Assembly (NCBI GenBank): GCA_964199315.1 | Contig: OZ116708.1 | Location: forward strand, 21,390,001 to 21,454,000 | Direction: 5' to 3' | Source of the DNA: Orbicella franksi | Lineage: Eukaryota | DNA length: 64,000 bases | Part shown: positions 1 to 12,814 of the stretch, piece after piece | How positions within the stretch are numbered: the stretch's first letter is position 1 | How the letters are laid out: every line of letters starts with the position of its first letter | The notes under the pieces: generated by a model | The model's database searches: none | What the model was told of the DNA's origin: nothing | Seen by the model: the letters and a program-made list of their open reading frames with translations, nothing else | Translations under genes and position numbers: made by a program

Positions 1-429
1 ATTTCTTCTAGATTTTAAACAAAGCAAACTGAATTAGATACGCGTCTTACTCTTCACTGATACGGGCTTTGTTTCCTGTGTTTTATAACTGGCGTTTAAT
101 GAATTGAGAAATATTTGTCAATAATATGTGATAATTCTGATTGTGCGTTTAGATGTTCAAGGAGCTGTTTTTGTTGTAAACTACTCAGTTTACATACCAC
201 AACACTACAGAGAAAGCAAATTATAGTGAGAAATTAGAAAATATCAACTACTAAGGTACTCTGGGAATAAAGTTGTATTATTCAAATTAGGTCAACGTTT
301 TTATTTTGATCTCGTTAGGCGGTGAAGACACTTCGATGGGAATATTTTTTAGAAGTTATAACTATTTTTTTCAATTTAGCAACTGGGAAAGATGCTCTTT
401 TGTCCAAAACCAATAACTCAAATTTTAAA

Positions 430-1720
430 CATCCCAACCATGTATTGGACTTAGAGGTTTATTTTTTGAGTGTACAAATGCTTAGTAAAGTTATTTTCCC
501 ATATCTCAATTGTTTTAACCTGTTTGAGACTAATGTAACTCAGTCAATTGGGCCAATGAACAGGGTTTATCATGCCCGACTACGCAACAGAAATTTGAAA
601 AAAGGGTTTCACTCTGAAAACGCCTCAAATCTTTTTCCGTCCAAACTATGCCACAAAAAGTTGAAAAAGCAACAACCAGCGGTCATTTTGGAGTTTTGTT
701 TGAGGTAAACTCGAGCAGGGAAATCTCAGGATTATGGTGCTGTCATCGTTTCCAGAAGCTCTCTTTTGAGAGGTTTATTTGTAAGTGCACAAATGTTTTT
801 CACCAATATTTTCCCGTATCTCAGTTTTCTTTACCAGTTTAAAAGTAATGCCGCTCAATCAATTAAGCCAATGAATTATGTTTATCGTGCCTGACTAATA
901 ACGCCACGTCCACTCTACACCAGTGAAATTTGAAAACGGGGTTCAGTTCTTTGTGAAAACGCATGAAATATTTTTCCGTCCACACTATGTCAGAAAATCT
1001 TGAAAAAGCAACAATCCCGGTCATTTTGGACTTGAGGAAAACTCGGCTAGACGGGGAAATCAAATAAAATCATGGCGCTGTCATCGCTCGAAAGCTTCTG
1101 TTTCAATTATCTTAACCAGTTTTCATCGTTCCGAAAAGTTCTGTTTTGAGAGGTTTATTTGTAAGGGTATGTTTTTCACCGATATTTTCCCATATCCCTC
1201 AATTGTTTTAACCTGTTTGAAACTAATGTAACACAGTCAATTAAGCCAATGAACAGTGTTTATCATGCCCGATTAATAACGCCTCGTCCACAGTACGCCA
1301 GAGAAATTTGCAAACGGCGTTTTCACTCTGAAAACGCATGAAATATTTTCCGTCCACACTACGCCGGAGAAATTTGAAAAAGCAACAATCACCGGTCATT
1401 CTGGACTTCTGTTTGAGGAAAACTCGGTCAGACGGCGAAATCACATGATTTGAGTCTCGTGCCCGACTAACAGCACCCCGTCAACACTACGCCGGAGAAA
1501 TTTGAAAACGGCATTTTCACTGAAAACGCATTAAATATTTTCCGTCCACACTACGCCGGAGAAACTTGAAAAAGCAACAATCACTGATCATTTTGGATTT
1601 GTGTTTGAGGAAACCTCGTGCAGGGAAAGCACATGATTGTCGTGCTGTCATCCTTTCGAAAAGCTCTGTTGTGAGATTTTAATTTGCAAGTGGACAAATG
1701 TTTTTCATTGATATTTTTCA
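430..1720. repeat. ~315-330 bp tandem repeat array (about 3.5-4 units), spacer type A
   Basis: Recurrent unit ...ctgttttgagaggtttatttgtaagt...tcaattaagccaatgaa...gtccacactacgccagagaaatttgaaaacgg...; the ccaatgaa marker recurs near 553, 866 and 1245; near-identical to 6580-7870. Confidence 0.85.
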
Positions 1721-2509
1721 TTGATATTAAGGAGCTTAGGCCTAAATGACTGATATATCTGCCAGTCATTAGACGAGATGTTGCCATAGAAACGGCCTTG
1801 ATCCAAAAACTCACAACCAAAAAATAAGCCTTATTTCAACAGTACCCATACTGGTAAATCTCTACGGGGAAATCTTGAAGAGAATTTAACTAAGTTTCCT
1901 GTTAGGGAGGGTGTTCGTAAATACTCTTGGGAGCCACCTTAAAACAACAATTCAATGCACGAGCAATTTGGCTGATATGTGGAGTTAATACTGCTTCTAA
2001 AACGTAGACAGAACTGGAAATCGTTATTTAAAACAAAAATAATTTACAATTTTCATAATCAGTTAGGTTATAAGCTCGAGATTTCTTCTAGATTTTAAAT
2101 AAAGCAAACTGAATCAGGTACGTGTCTTTCTCTTCACTGATACGGGCTTTGTCTTCTGTGTTTTATAACTGACGTTTAATGAAATGAGAAATATTCGTCA
2201 ATAATATGTGATAATTCTGATTGTGCGTTTAGATGTTAAAGGAACAGTTTTTGTTTTAAACTACTCAGTTTACATACCACAACACTACAGAGAAAGCAAT
2301 TTATAGTGAGAAATTAGGAAATATAAACTATTAAGAAACTCTGGGAATAAAGTTGTATTCTTTAAATTAAGTCAATGTTTTTATTTCGATCTCGTTACTT
2401 TAACATAAGTAATAATGAACCAATTGTCTCTTTCAACAATCGAAACGCTTCGTCGAAGTTATACTAATTTACAAGGCACCGGTTTTCAAGCTCTCTTCCA
2501 ATGTTCAGT

Positions 2510-3466
2510 TCAGTTCATAGCGGGTTCCACACGCTTCCATGGAGCTCGAAACACAAATTTTCTCATTTCTTTTTGGCGCAAACAATATATCAACGGATTC
2601 AGTAGCGAGTTTAATACGGCGCAAGTGCGAGCCAACGGCTCCCATACAACAAACACGGCGTCTAAGTTTAAATGTTTCTTCACTCCTACTAGTAATAAAA
2701 AGATTGTTAAGGCCATTGGAAGGAAACTTAGCAGTACAGCGCTTACTACAAACGCAGTGGTCTTGAGCGCTTTGTTCTCTTTAACAAACCTTTCCATTTC
2801 TTCTTGGGGCAACTGTTGGGTTTTGATCCTTCTTTCGTGGCGAAGTGATTCACGGTACAAAATAGCATAGGTTATGGTGATAAAAAGGATACAGAAGATC
2901 ATAGCTGAAGAAACTATTAAATTAAGCATAGTCCTTACAATGACGTTATTGGAAAAATATTTCATGCCTAGAGACATAAAAGAAAAGGCCCAAATAACGA
3001 TCGCTGCCACCTTAATTTTCCGTTTAGTGACAATGCATGGGTAGCTCATGGTAAATTTAACCGCTATTAGTCTCTCGGAAGTAATCAAAATCAGATGAAG
3101 CGACGAACAGACAGTCAAGACACGCAAAAAGAACTTGTGACAATCTTCAGCCATGCTACGTTCGATACCATTATAATTAAGGAGATAAAACGTTTTCTGT
3201 GCGATAAGCGATGGTTGTACTACTAGACCAGTTAGTGCGTCAGTTGCCGCTAAGCAGGCCAGCAGGATGTTAGGGTTGCTTTGGAGTCTTCGTCTTCTTT
3301 TTACGGCCATTATCACCAGCACATTAAACACAACTGTGAAGGGACAAGTGATGCCGTTAATGATGATAGTGATGATACTGACTTGTTGCGCGAGATTTGA
3401 TGTGTCGCCTTGTGCTGTCATCTCAGTGGCGTTTGTAAAATTTGATCCAGAGATGAGTTTGGCCAT
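2510..3466 (-). CDS. Intronless class A (rhodopsin-like) orphan GPCR, array copy 1, 318 aa
   Basis: 7 hydrophobic segments; TM2 LACLAATDALTGL, TM3 end ITSERL (DRY equivalent), TM7 NSLLNPLIY (NPxxY); N-glycosylation sequons NFT/NAT after MAKLISG (ATG at 3466); in-frame TAA upstream. Confidence 0.9.
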   Translation of the reverse strand: MAKLISGSNFTNATEMTAQGDTSNLAQQVSIITIIINGITCPFTVVFNVLVIMAVKRRRRLQSNPNILLACLAATDALTGLVVQPSLIAQKTFYLLNYNGIERSMAEDCHKFFLRVLTVCSSLHLILITSERLIAVKFTMSYPCIVTKRKIKVAAIVIWAFSFMSLGMKYFSNNVIVRTMLNLIVSSAMIFCILFITITYAILYRESLRHERRIKTQQLPQEEMERFVKENKALKTTAFVVSAVLLSFLPMALTIFLLLVGVKKHLNLDAVFVVWEPLARTCAVLNSLLNPLIYCLRQKEMRKFVFRAPWKRVEPAMN

Positions 3467-3839
3467 GTTTAGAAAGCGCAGCGAAGGTAAACTGACTTCT
3501 CGGATCACTCGAGCATTTTTATTTGTTGTTCCCTTGATTGATTCACCGCCACGTTAAGTGTAACATGTGTTTTTCTCTCACGGTTCCTATGTATTAGCCA
3601 AATTTATTAGTCGGCCTTAAATTCTCGGCCGATTACTGAATTATCATCATTATCAGCAGTTAAAGGTAATTTTCCGTTGTCTTGTAATTTTAGTTCCAGT
3701 GTAGTCCACTAATAAATGCCTGAGGCGGTTGAGCCACTTAGATGGGAACATTTTTAGAAGTTATAACTATTTTTTTCAATTTAGAAACTGGGAAAGATGC
3801 TCTTTTATCCAAAACCAAGAGCTGAAATTAACAGCCCAA

Positions 3840-5320
3840 CCACGTATTAGTCTGAGAGGTTTATTTTTGTGTGTACAAATGTTTAGTAAAGTTATTTTCC
3901 CATATCTCAATTGTTTTAACCTGTTTGAAACTAATGTAACTCAATCAATTGGGCCAATGAATAGTGCATGTTCATCACGCCCTACTATGCCAGAGAAATT
4001 TGAAAACATAGTGTCACTCTGAAAACGCCTCAAATGTTTTTCCGTCCACACTATACTAGAAAAATTCGAAAAAGCAACAATCCCGGTCATTTTGGACTTG
4101 ATGAAAACTCGGCTAGATGGAGAAATCAAATGATTATCGTGCTGTCATCGCTCGAAAAGTTCTGTTTTGAGAGGTTTATTTGTAAGTGTACAAATGTTTT
4201 TCTCTAATATTTTCCCATATCTCAATTATTTTAACCTGTCTGAAACTAGCGTAACTCGATCAATTAGGCCAATGAATTTTGTTTATCACGCCCGATTAAT
4301 AACGCCCTCTCCACACTACGCCAGAGAAGTTTGAAAAAGGCGTTTTCATTATGTAAACCACCCCGGTGAAATTTAAGAAAGCAACAACCAGCGGCCATTT
4401 TAGAGTTCTGTTTGAGGAAAACTCGAGCAGGAAAATCATATGATTATCGTGCTGTCATGGTTTCCAAAAGCTCTGTTTTGAGAGGTTTATTTCTAAGTGT
4501 CCAAATGTTTTTCACTAATATTTTCCCGTATCTCTATTGTTTTAACCTGTTTAAAAGTAACTCAATCAATTAAGCCAATGAATTATGTTTATCACGCCCG
4601 ACTAATAACGCCCCGTCAACACTACCCTAGAGAAGTCTCAAAAAGGCGTTTTTACTCTGAAAACGCATCAAATGTTTTTCGTCGGCACTACACCAGAAAA
4701 AATTTGAAAAGAGCAACAATCATTGATCATTTTGAGGAATCTTAGGCAGTGAAATCACTTGGTTATCGTATTTTCATCGTTTCGAAAAGCTCTGTTTTGA
4801 GAGTTTTATTTGTAAGTGTATGTTTTTCACCGATATTTTAACATATCTCAATTGTCTTAACCTGTGTGGGACTAATGTAACTCAATCAATTCGGCCAATG
4901 AGTTATGTTTATCATGCCCGACTAATAATACCACGTCTGCACAACGCCAGAGAGATTTGAAAACGGCGTCTTCACTCTGAACACACATCAAATGTTTTTC
5001 CGTCCACACTACGGCAGACAAATTTGAAAAAGCAACAATCACTGGTCATTTTGGATTCGTGTTTGAGGAAAAGCCGTGCAGGGAAAGTACATGATTATCG
5101 TGCAGTCACCCTTTCGAAAAGCTCTGTTTTGAGAGGTTTATTTTTAAGCGTACAAATGTTTTTCATTGATTTTTTCCCCATATTTCAATTGTTTTAACCT
5201 ATTTGTAACTAAAGTAACTCAATCAATTAAGCCAATGAATTATGTTTATCACGCCCGAGTAATAACGCCCCCTCCACACTACGCCAGAAAAATTTGAAAA
5301 CGGCGTTTTTATTCTGAAAT
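3840..5320. repeat. ~315-330 bp tandem repeat array (about 5 units), spacer type B
   Basis: Same unit; marker caatt(a/g)(a/g)gccaatga near 3950, 4265, 4570, 4890 and 5225. Confidence 0.85.
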
Positions 5321-5837
5321 TAGTAATCATATACAATTCCTATAAAATACTTTGTTTTTGTTAAAATCTGTCAGAGCTAATCTAATATATTTAGAAGAAC
5401 GACAAATTACAGAATATTAGGAAAACCGTCTGAATAACGTTGGCTTTTTATCAATTCAAAATGTCAGACAATATCATTTCCATGATGCGCCAAAGTATGG
5501 AAAAATTTCACCGAAGGAGAGCATAAATATTAAGGAGTTTAGGCCAAAGTGAGGAATATATCTGCCTGTTATTAGATGAGATGTTGCCATGGTAACAGCC
5601 TTAATCCAAAAATTGACAACCAAAAAATAAGCCTTATTTTAACAGTACTCATAGTGATACATCTCTACAGGGAAAACTGTAAGAACGGTTTTTGTTCTAA
5701 ACTACTCAGTTTACATATACCACAATACTATACAAAAAGCAAATTATAGTGAAAAATTAGAAAATATAAACCATTAAGGAACTTTGGGAATAAAAATGTA
5801 TTCTTTAAATTGGGTCAATATATTTATTTCGATCTCG

Positions 5838-6215
5838 TTACTTTAACATAAGTAATAATGAACCAATTGCCTCTTTCAAAAAGAACTTGTGACAAACTTC
5901 AGCCATGCTACGTTCGATACCATTATAATTAAGGAGATAAAACGTTTTCTGTGCGATAAGCGATGGCTGTACTACTAGACCAGTTAGTGCGTCAGTTGCT
6001 GCTAAGCAGGCCAGCAAGATGTTAGGGTTGCTTTGGAGTCTTCGTCTTCTTTTTACGGCCATTATCACCAGCACATTAAACAGAACTGTAAAGGGACAAG
6101 TGATGCCGTTAATGATGATAGTGATGATACTGACTTGTTGTGCGAGATTTAGTGTGTCGCCTTGTGCGGTCATCTCAGTAACATTTGTAAAATTTGATCC
6201 AGAAAGTTTGACCAT
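5838..6215 (-). pseudogene. GPCR array copy 2, truncated by ~690-bp internal deletion (TM3 to end of CDS lost)
   Basis: First ~113 aa nearly identical to copy 1; at 5877-5882 the TM3 codons join directly to 3' flank sequence (copy 1 positions 3125 and 2434, shared caa); ends FFLKEAIGSLLLMLK*. Confidence 0.9.
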
Positions 6216-6579
6216 GTTTAGAAAGCGCAGCGAAGGTAAACTGACTTCTCGGATCGCTCGAGCATTTTTATTTGTCGTTGTCTCGATTGATTCACCGCCA
6301 CGTTAAGTGTAACATGTGTTTTTCTCTCACGGTTCCTATGTATTAGCCAAATTTATTAGTCGGCTTAAATTCTCGGCTGATTACTCAATTATCATTATCA
6401 GTAATTTAAGGTAATTTTCTGTTGTCTTGTAATTTTAGTTCCAGTGCAGTCCACTAATAAATGCCTGAGGCGGTTAAGACACTTCGATGGGAATATTTTT
6501 TAGAAGTTATAACTATTTTTTTCAATTTAGCAACTGGGAAAGATGCTCTTTTATCCAAAACCAATAACTCAAATTTTAA

Positions 6580-7870
6580 ACATCCCAACCATGTACTAGA
6601 CTGAGAGGTTTATTTATGAGTGTACAAATGCTTAGTAAAGTTATTTTCCCATATCTCAATTGTTTTAACCTGTTTGAGACTAATGTAACTCAGTCAATTG
6701 CGCCAATGAACAGCGTTTATCATGCCCGACTATATGCAAAAGAAATTTGAAAAAGGGGTTTCACTCTGAAAACGCCTCAAATCTTTTTCCGTCCAAACTA
6801 TGCCACAAAAAGTTGAAAAAGCAACAACCAGCGGTCATTTTGGAGTTTTGTTTGAGGTAAACTCGAGCAGGGAAATCTCAGGATTATGGTGCTGTCATCG
6901 TTTCCAGAAGCTCTCTTTTGAGAGGTTTATTTGTAAGTGTACAAATGTTTTTCAGCAATATTTTCCTGGATCTCAGTTTTCTTTACCAGTTTAAAAGTAA
7001 TGCCGCTCAATCAATTAAGCCAATGAATTATGTTTATCGTGCCTGACTAATAACGCTCCGTCCACTCTACATCAGAGAAATCTGAAAACGGAGTTTCTTT
7101 GTGAAAACGCATGAAATATTTTTCCGTCCACACTATGTCAGAAAATCTTGAAAAAGCAACAATCCCGGTCATTTTGGACTTGAGAAAAACTCGGCTAGAC
7201 GGGGAAATCAAATGAAATCATGGCGCTGTCATCGCTCGAAGGTTTCTGTTTCAATTATTTTAACCTGTTTTCATCGTTCCGAAAAGTTCTGTTTTGAGAG
7301 GTTTATTTGTAAGGGTATGTTTTTCACCGATATTTTCCCAAATCCCTCAATTGTTTTAACCTGTTTGAAATTAATGTAACACAATCAATTAAGCCAATGA
7401 ACAGTGTTTATCATGCCCGATTAATAACGCCTCGTCCACAGTACGCCAGAGAAATTTGCAAACGGCGTTTTCACTCTGAAAACGCATGAAATATTTTCCG
7501 TCCACACTACGCCGGAGAAATTTGAAAAAGCAACAATCACCGGTCATTCTGGACTTCTGTTTGAGGAAAACTCGGTCAGACGGCGAAATCACATGATTTG
7601 AGTCTCGTGCCCGACTAACAGCACCCCGTCAACACTCCGCCAGAGAAATTTGAAAACGGCATTTTCACTGAAAACGCATTAAATATTTTCCGTCCACACT
7701 ACGCCGGAAAAGCTTGAAAAAGCAACAATCATTGGTCATTTTGGATTTGTGTTTGAGGAAACCTCGTGCAGGGAAAGCACATGATTGTCGTGCTGTCATC
7801 CTTTCGAAAAGCTCTGTTTTGAGATTTTAATTTGCAAGTGGACAAATGTTTTTCATTGATATTTTTCATT
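6580..7870. repeat. ~320 bp tandem repeat array, spacer type A (duplicate of 430-1720)
   Basis: 6470-8545 is a near-exact copy of 318-2395 (offset ~6150). Confidence 0.85.
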
Positions 7871-8658
7871 GATATTAAGGAGCTTAGGCCCAAATGACTG
7901 ATATATCTGCCAGTCATTAGACGAGATGTTGCCATAGTAACGGCCTTGATCTAAAAACTCACAACCAAAAAAATAAGCCTTATTTTAACAGTGCTCATAC
8001 TGGTAAATCTCTACAGGGAAATCTTTAAGAGAATTTAACTAAGTTTCCTGTTAGGGAGGGTGTTCGTAAATACTCTTGGGAGCCACCTTAAAACAACAAT
8101 TCAATGCACGAGCAATTTGGCCGAAATGTGGAGTTAATACTGCTTCTAAAACGTAGACAGAACTGGAAATCGTTATTTAAAACAAAAATAATTTACAATT
8201 TTGATAATCAGTTAGCTTATAAGCTCGAGAATTCTTCTAGATTTTAAATAAAGCAAACTGAATCAGGTACGTGTCTTTCTCTTCACTGATACGGGCTTTG
8301 TCTTCTGTGTTTTATAAATGACGTTTAATGAAATGAGAAATATTCGTCAATAATATGTGATAATTCTGATTGTGCGTTTAGATGTTCAAGGAACTGCTTT
8401 TGTTCTAAACTACTCAGTTTACATACCACAACACTACAGAGAAAGCAATTTATAGTGAGAAATTAGGAAATATAAACTATTAAGGAACTCTGAGAATAAA
8501 GTTGTATTCTTTGAATTAAGTCAATGTTTTTATTTCGATCTCGTTACTTTAACATAAGTAATAATGAACCAATTGTCTCTTTCAACAATCGAAACGCTTC
8601 GTCAAAGTTATTCTAATTTACAAGGCACCGGTTTTCAAGCTCTCTTCCAATGTTCAGT

Positions 8659-9753
8659 TCAGTTCATAGCGGGTTCCACACGCTTCCATGGAGCTCGAAA
8701 CACAAATTTTCTCATTTCTTTTTGGCGCAAACAATATATCAACGGATTCAGTAGCGAGTTTAATACGGCACAAGTGCGAGCCAACGGCTCCCATACAACA
8801 AACACGGCGTCTAAGTTTAAACGTTTCTTCACTCCTACTAGTATTAAAAAGATTGCTAAGGCCATTGGAAGGAAACTTAGCAGTACAGCGCTTACTACAA
8901 ACGCAGTGGTCTTGAGCGCTTTGTTCTCTTTAACAAACCTTTCCACTTCTTCTTGGGGCAACTGTTGGGTTTTGATCCTGCTTTCGTGGCGAAGTGATTC
9001 ACGGTACAAAATAGCATAGGTTATGGTGATAAAAAGGATACAGAAGGTCAGTGCTAAAGAAACTATTAAATTAAACGCAATTCTTACAATGACCTCATTG
9101 GAAACATATTTAATGCCTTGAGAGATAAAAGAAAAGGCCCAAAAAGTGATCACTGCTACGTTAATTTTCCGTTTAGTGACAATGTATGGGTAGCTCATGG
9201 TAAATTTAATTGCTATTAGTCTCTCGGAAGTGATCAATATCAGATGAAGCGACGAACAGACAATCAAGGTGTGCAAAAAAAACTTTTGACAAACTTCAGC
9301 CACGCTACGTTCGATACCATTATAATTAAGGAGATAAAACGTTTTCTGTGCGATAAGCGATGGCTGTACTACTAGACCAGTTAGTGCGTCAGTTGCCGCT
9401 AAGCAGGCCAGCAAGATGTTAGGGTTGCTTTGGAGTCTTCGTCTTCTTTTCACGGCCATTATCACCAGCACATTAAACAGAACTGTAAAGGGACAAGTGA
9501 TGCCGTTAATGATGATAGTGATGATACTGACTTGTTGTGCGAGATTTGATGTGTCGCCTTGTGCTGTCATCTCAGTAACATTTGTAAAATTTGATCCAGA
9601 AAGTTTGGCCGTGTTTAGAAAGCGCAGCGAAGGTAAACTGACTATTCGGATCGCTCGAGCATTTTTATTTGTTGTTGTCTCGATTGATTCACCGCCACGG
9701 TATGTGTCACATGTGTTTTTCTCTCGCGGTTCCCATCCATTAGCCGAATTCAT
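8659..9753 (-). CDS. Class A orphan GPCR, array copy 3 (364 aa from upstream ATG; start uncertain)
   Basis: Complete 7TM frame with ERL and NPLIY; the ATG used by copies 1, 2 and 5 is ACG here (9612), but the frame is open to an ATG at 9753. Confidence 0.85.
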   Translation of the reverse strand: MNSANGWEPREKNTCDTYRGGESIETTTNKNARAIRIVSLPSLRFLNTAKLSGSNFTNVTEMTAQGDTSNLAQQVSIITIIINGITCPFTVLFNVLVIMAVKRRRRLQSNPNILLACLAATDALTGLVVQPSLIAQKTFYLLNYNGIERSVAEVCQKFFLHTLIVCSSLHLILITSERLIAIKFTMSYPYIVTKRKINVAVITFWAFSFISQGIKYVSNEVIVRIAFNLIVSLALTFCILFITITYAILYRESLRHESRIKTQQLPQEEVERFVKENKALKTTAFVVSAVLLSFLPMALAIFLILVGVKKRLNLDAVFVVWEPLARTCAVLNSLLNPLIYCLRQKEMRKFVFRAPWKRVEPAMN

Positions 9754-9974
9754 TAGTCGGCCTTAAATTCTCGGCCGATTACTCAATTGTCATTATCAGG
9801 AATTAAAGTTCATTTGGGTTGTCTTGTTATTTTAGTTCCAGTCCAGCCCACTAATAAATGCCTGAGGCGGTTGAGACAGTTCGAAGGGAAAGTTTTTAGT
9901 AGTTATAACTATTTTTCAACTTGAAAACTTGAAAATATGCTCTTTTATGCAAAACCAAGAACCGAAATTAACAT

Positions 9975-10875
9975 CCCAACCATGTATTAGTCTGAGAGGT
10001 TTATTTGTGGGTGCACAAATGTTTAGTACAGTAATTTATTTCTTTAGTACAGTTATTTCCATATCTCAGTTGTTTTAACCTATTTGAAACTGATGTAACT
10101 CAATCAATTAAGCCAATGAATATTTTTTATAACGCCCGATTAATAAGGCCCCCTCCGCACTTCGCCACGGAAGTTTGAAAACGGAGTTTCACTCTGAAAA
10201 CGCATCAAATGTGTTTTCCGTGCACACTATGTCTGTGAAATGTGAAAAAAAAAAACAATCCCGGTCATTTTGGACTTGAGCAAAACTCGGGCAGAGAAAT
10301 CACACCATTATCGTGCTGTCGTCCTTTCCAAAAGTTCTGTTTTGAGAGGTTTATTTGTTAGTGCACAAATGTTTTTCACGAATATTTTCCCATATCTCAA
10401 TTATTTTAACTCGTTTGAAACTAGCGTAACTCAATCAATTAGGCCAATGAATTTTTGTTTATCACGCCCGACTAATAACGCCCCGTCCACACATATATTG
10501 CGCCAGAGAAGTTTGAAAACGGCGTTTTCACTCTGAACACACATCAAATGTTTTTCCGTCCACACTACGGCAGACAAATTTGAAAAAGCAACAATCACTG
10601 GTCATTTTGGATTCGTGTTTGAGGAAAAGCCGTGCAGGGAAAGTACATGATTATCGTGTAGTCACCCTTTCGAAAAGCTCTGTTTCGAGAGGTTTATTTT
10701 TAAGCGTACAAATGTTTTTCATTGATTTTTTCCCCATATTTCAATTGTTTTAACCTATTTGTAACTAAAGTAACTCAATCAATTAAGCCAATGAATTGTG
10801 TTTATCATGCCTGACTAATTACGTCACGTCCACAGTACGCCAGAAAAATTTGAAAACGGCGTTTTACTCTGAAAT
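9975..10875. repeat. ~325 bp tandem repeat array (about 3 units)
   Basis: Marker near 10110, 10440 and 10785; nearly identical to 12815-14000, which carries one extra unit. Confidence 0.8.
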
Positions 10876-11507
10876 TAGTAATCACATACAATTCCTATAA
10901 AATACCCTATTTCTGTTAAAATCCGTCAGAGCTAATCTAATATATTTAGAAGAACGACAAATTACAGAATATTGGAAAAACCGTCTAAACAACCTTTACT
11001 TTTTACCAATTCAAAACGTCAGGCAATATCATTTCCATGATGTGCCAAAGTATGGAAAAATTTCAGCGAAGGAAAGTATAAATATTAAGGAGTTTAGGCC
11101 AAAATGAGGAGTATATCTGCCTGTTATTAGATGAGATGTTGCCATGGTAACGGCCTTAATCCAAAAATTGAACACCAAAAAATAAGCCTTATTTTAACAG
11201 TACCCATACTGATAAATCTCTACAGGGAAAACTGTAAGAACGGTTTTTGTTCTAAACTTCTCAGTTTACATATACCACAATACTATACATAAAGCAAATT
11301 ATAGTGAAAAATTAAAAAATATAAACCATTAAGGAACTCTGGGAATAAAAATGTATTCTTTAAATTGAGTCAATATATTTATTTCGATCTCGTTACTTTA
11401 ACATAAGTAATAGTGAACCAATTGTCTCTTTCAAGAATCGAAACGCTTCGTCCAAGTTACGCTGATTTACAAGGCACCGGTTTTCAAGTTCTCTTGCAAT
11501 GCTCAAT

Positions 11508-12590
11508 TCAGTTCATAGCGGGTTCCATAGATTTGAATGGAACTCGAAACACAAATTTTCTCATTTCTTTTTGGCGCAAACAATATATCAACGGATTCAG
11601 TAGCGAGTTTAATACTGCGCAAGTGCGAGCCACCGGCACCGATACAACAAGCACAGCGTTCAAGTTTAAATGTCTCTTCACTCTTAATGCCAGTGAAAAG
11701 AAAGTTAAAGCCATTGGAAGGAAACTTAGCAGTACAGCGCTCACTACAAACGCAGTGGTCTTGAGCGCTTTGTTCTCTTTAACAAACCTTTCCATTTCTT
11801 CTTGGGGTAGCTGTTGGGTTTTGATCTTGCTTTCGTGGCGACGTGATTCACGGTACAAAACAGCATAGGTTGCCGTTATGAAAAAGATACAGAAAGTCAT
11901 TGCTGAAGAAACTATTAGATTAAATGTAATTCTTACAATGACCTAATTGGAAACGTATTTAATGCCTTGAGATATAAAAGAAAAGGCCCAAAAAATGATC
12001 ACTGCCACCTTAATTTTCCGTTTAGTGACAATGTATGGGTAGCTCATGGTAAATTTAACCGCTATTAGTCTCTCGCAAGTAATCAAAATCAGATGAAGCG
12101 ACGAACAGACACCCAAGACGCGTAAAAAAAATTTGTGACAATCTTCAGCCACGCTACGTTCGATACCATTATAAGACGTTTTCCATGCGATAAAGGATGG
12201 CTGTACTACTAGACCAGTTAGTGCGTCAGTTGCCGCTAAGCAGGCCAGCAAGATGTTAGGGTTGCTTTGGAGTCTTCGTCTTCTTTTCACGGCCATTATC
12301 ACCAGCACATTAAACAGAACTGTAAAGGGACAAGTGATGCCGTTAATGATGATAGTAATGATACTGACTTGTTGTGCGAGATTTGGTCTGTCGCCTTGTG
12401 CTGTCATCTCAGTGACGTTTGTAAAATTTGATCCAGAAAGTTTGGCCGTGTTTAGAAAGCGCAGCGAAGGTAAACTGACTTCTCGGATCGCTCGAGCATT
12501 TTTATTTGTTGTTGTCTCGATTGATTCACCGCCACGGTATGTGTCACATGTGTTTTTCTCTCGCGGTTCCCATCCATTAGCCGAATTCAT
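11508..12590 (-). pseudogene. GPCR array copy 4 with in-frame nonsense codon and 12-bp in-frame deletion
   Basis: ORFs 11943-12590 and 11508-11900 are in the same frame, separated by TAG at 11943-11945 where copy 3 has GAG; WKTSYNG versus QKTFYLLNYNG (4 aa shorter). Confidence 0.88.
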
Positions 12591-12814
12591 TAGTCGGCCT
12601 TAAATTCTCGGCCGATTACTCAATTGTCATTATCAGGAATTAAAGTTCATTTGGGTTGTCTTGTTATTTTAGTTCCAGTCCAGCCCACTAATAAATGCCT
12701 GAGGCGGTTGAGACAGTTCGAAGGGAAAGTTTTTAGTAGTTATAACTATTTTTTCAACTTGAAAACTTGAAAATATGCTCTTTTATGCAAAACCAGGAAC
12801 CGAAATTAACATCC

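Noticed and set aside
2415-2870. 151-aa plus-strand ORF repeated at 8564-9019 and 11413-11868 (also antisense ORFs at 3267, 6019, 9416, 12253 and 15317)
   Set aside because: Antisense shadows of the GPCR CDS; their recurrence is explained by recent duplication and there are no protein features
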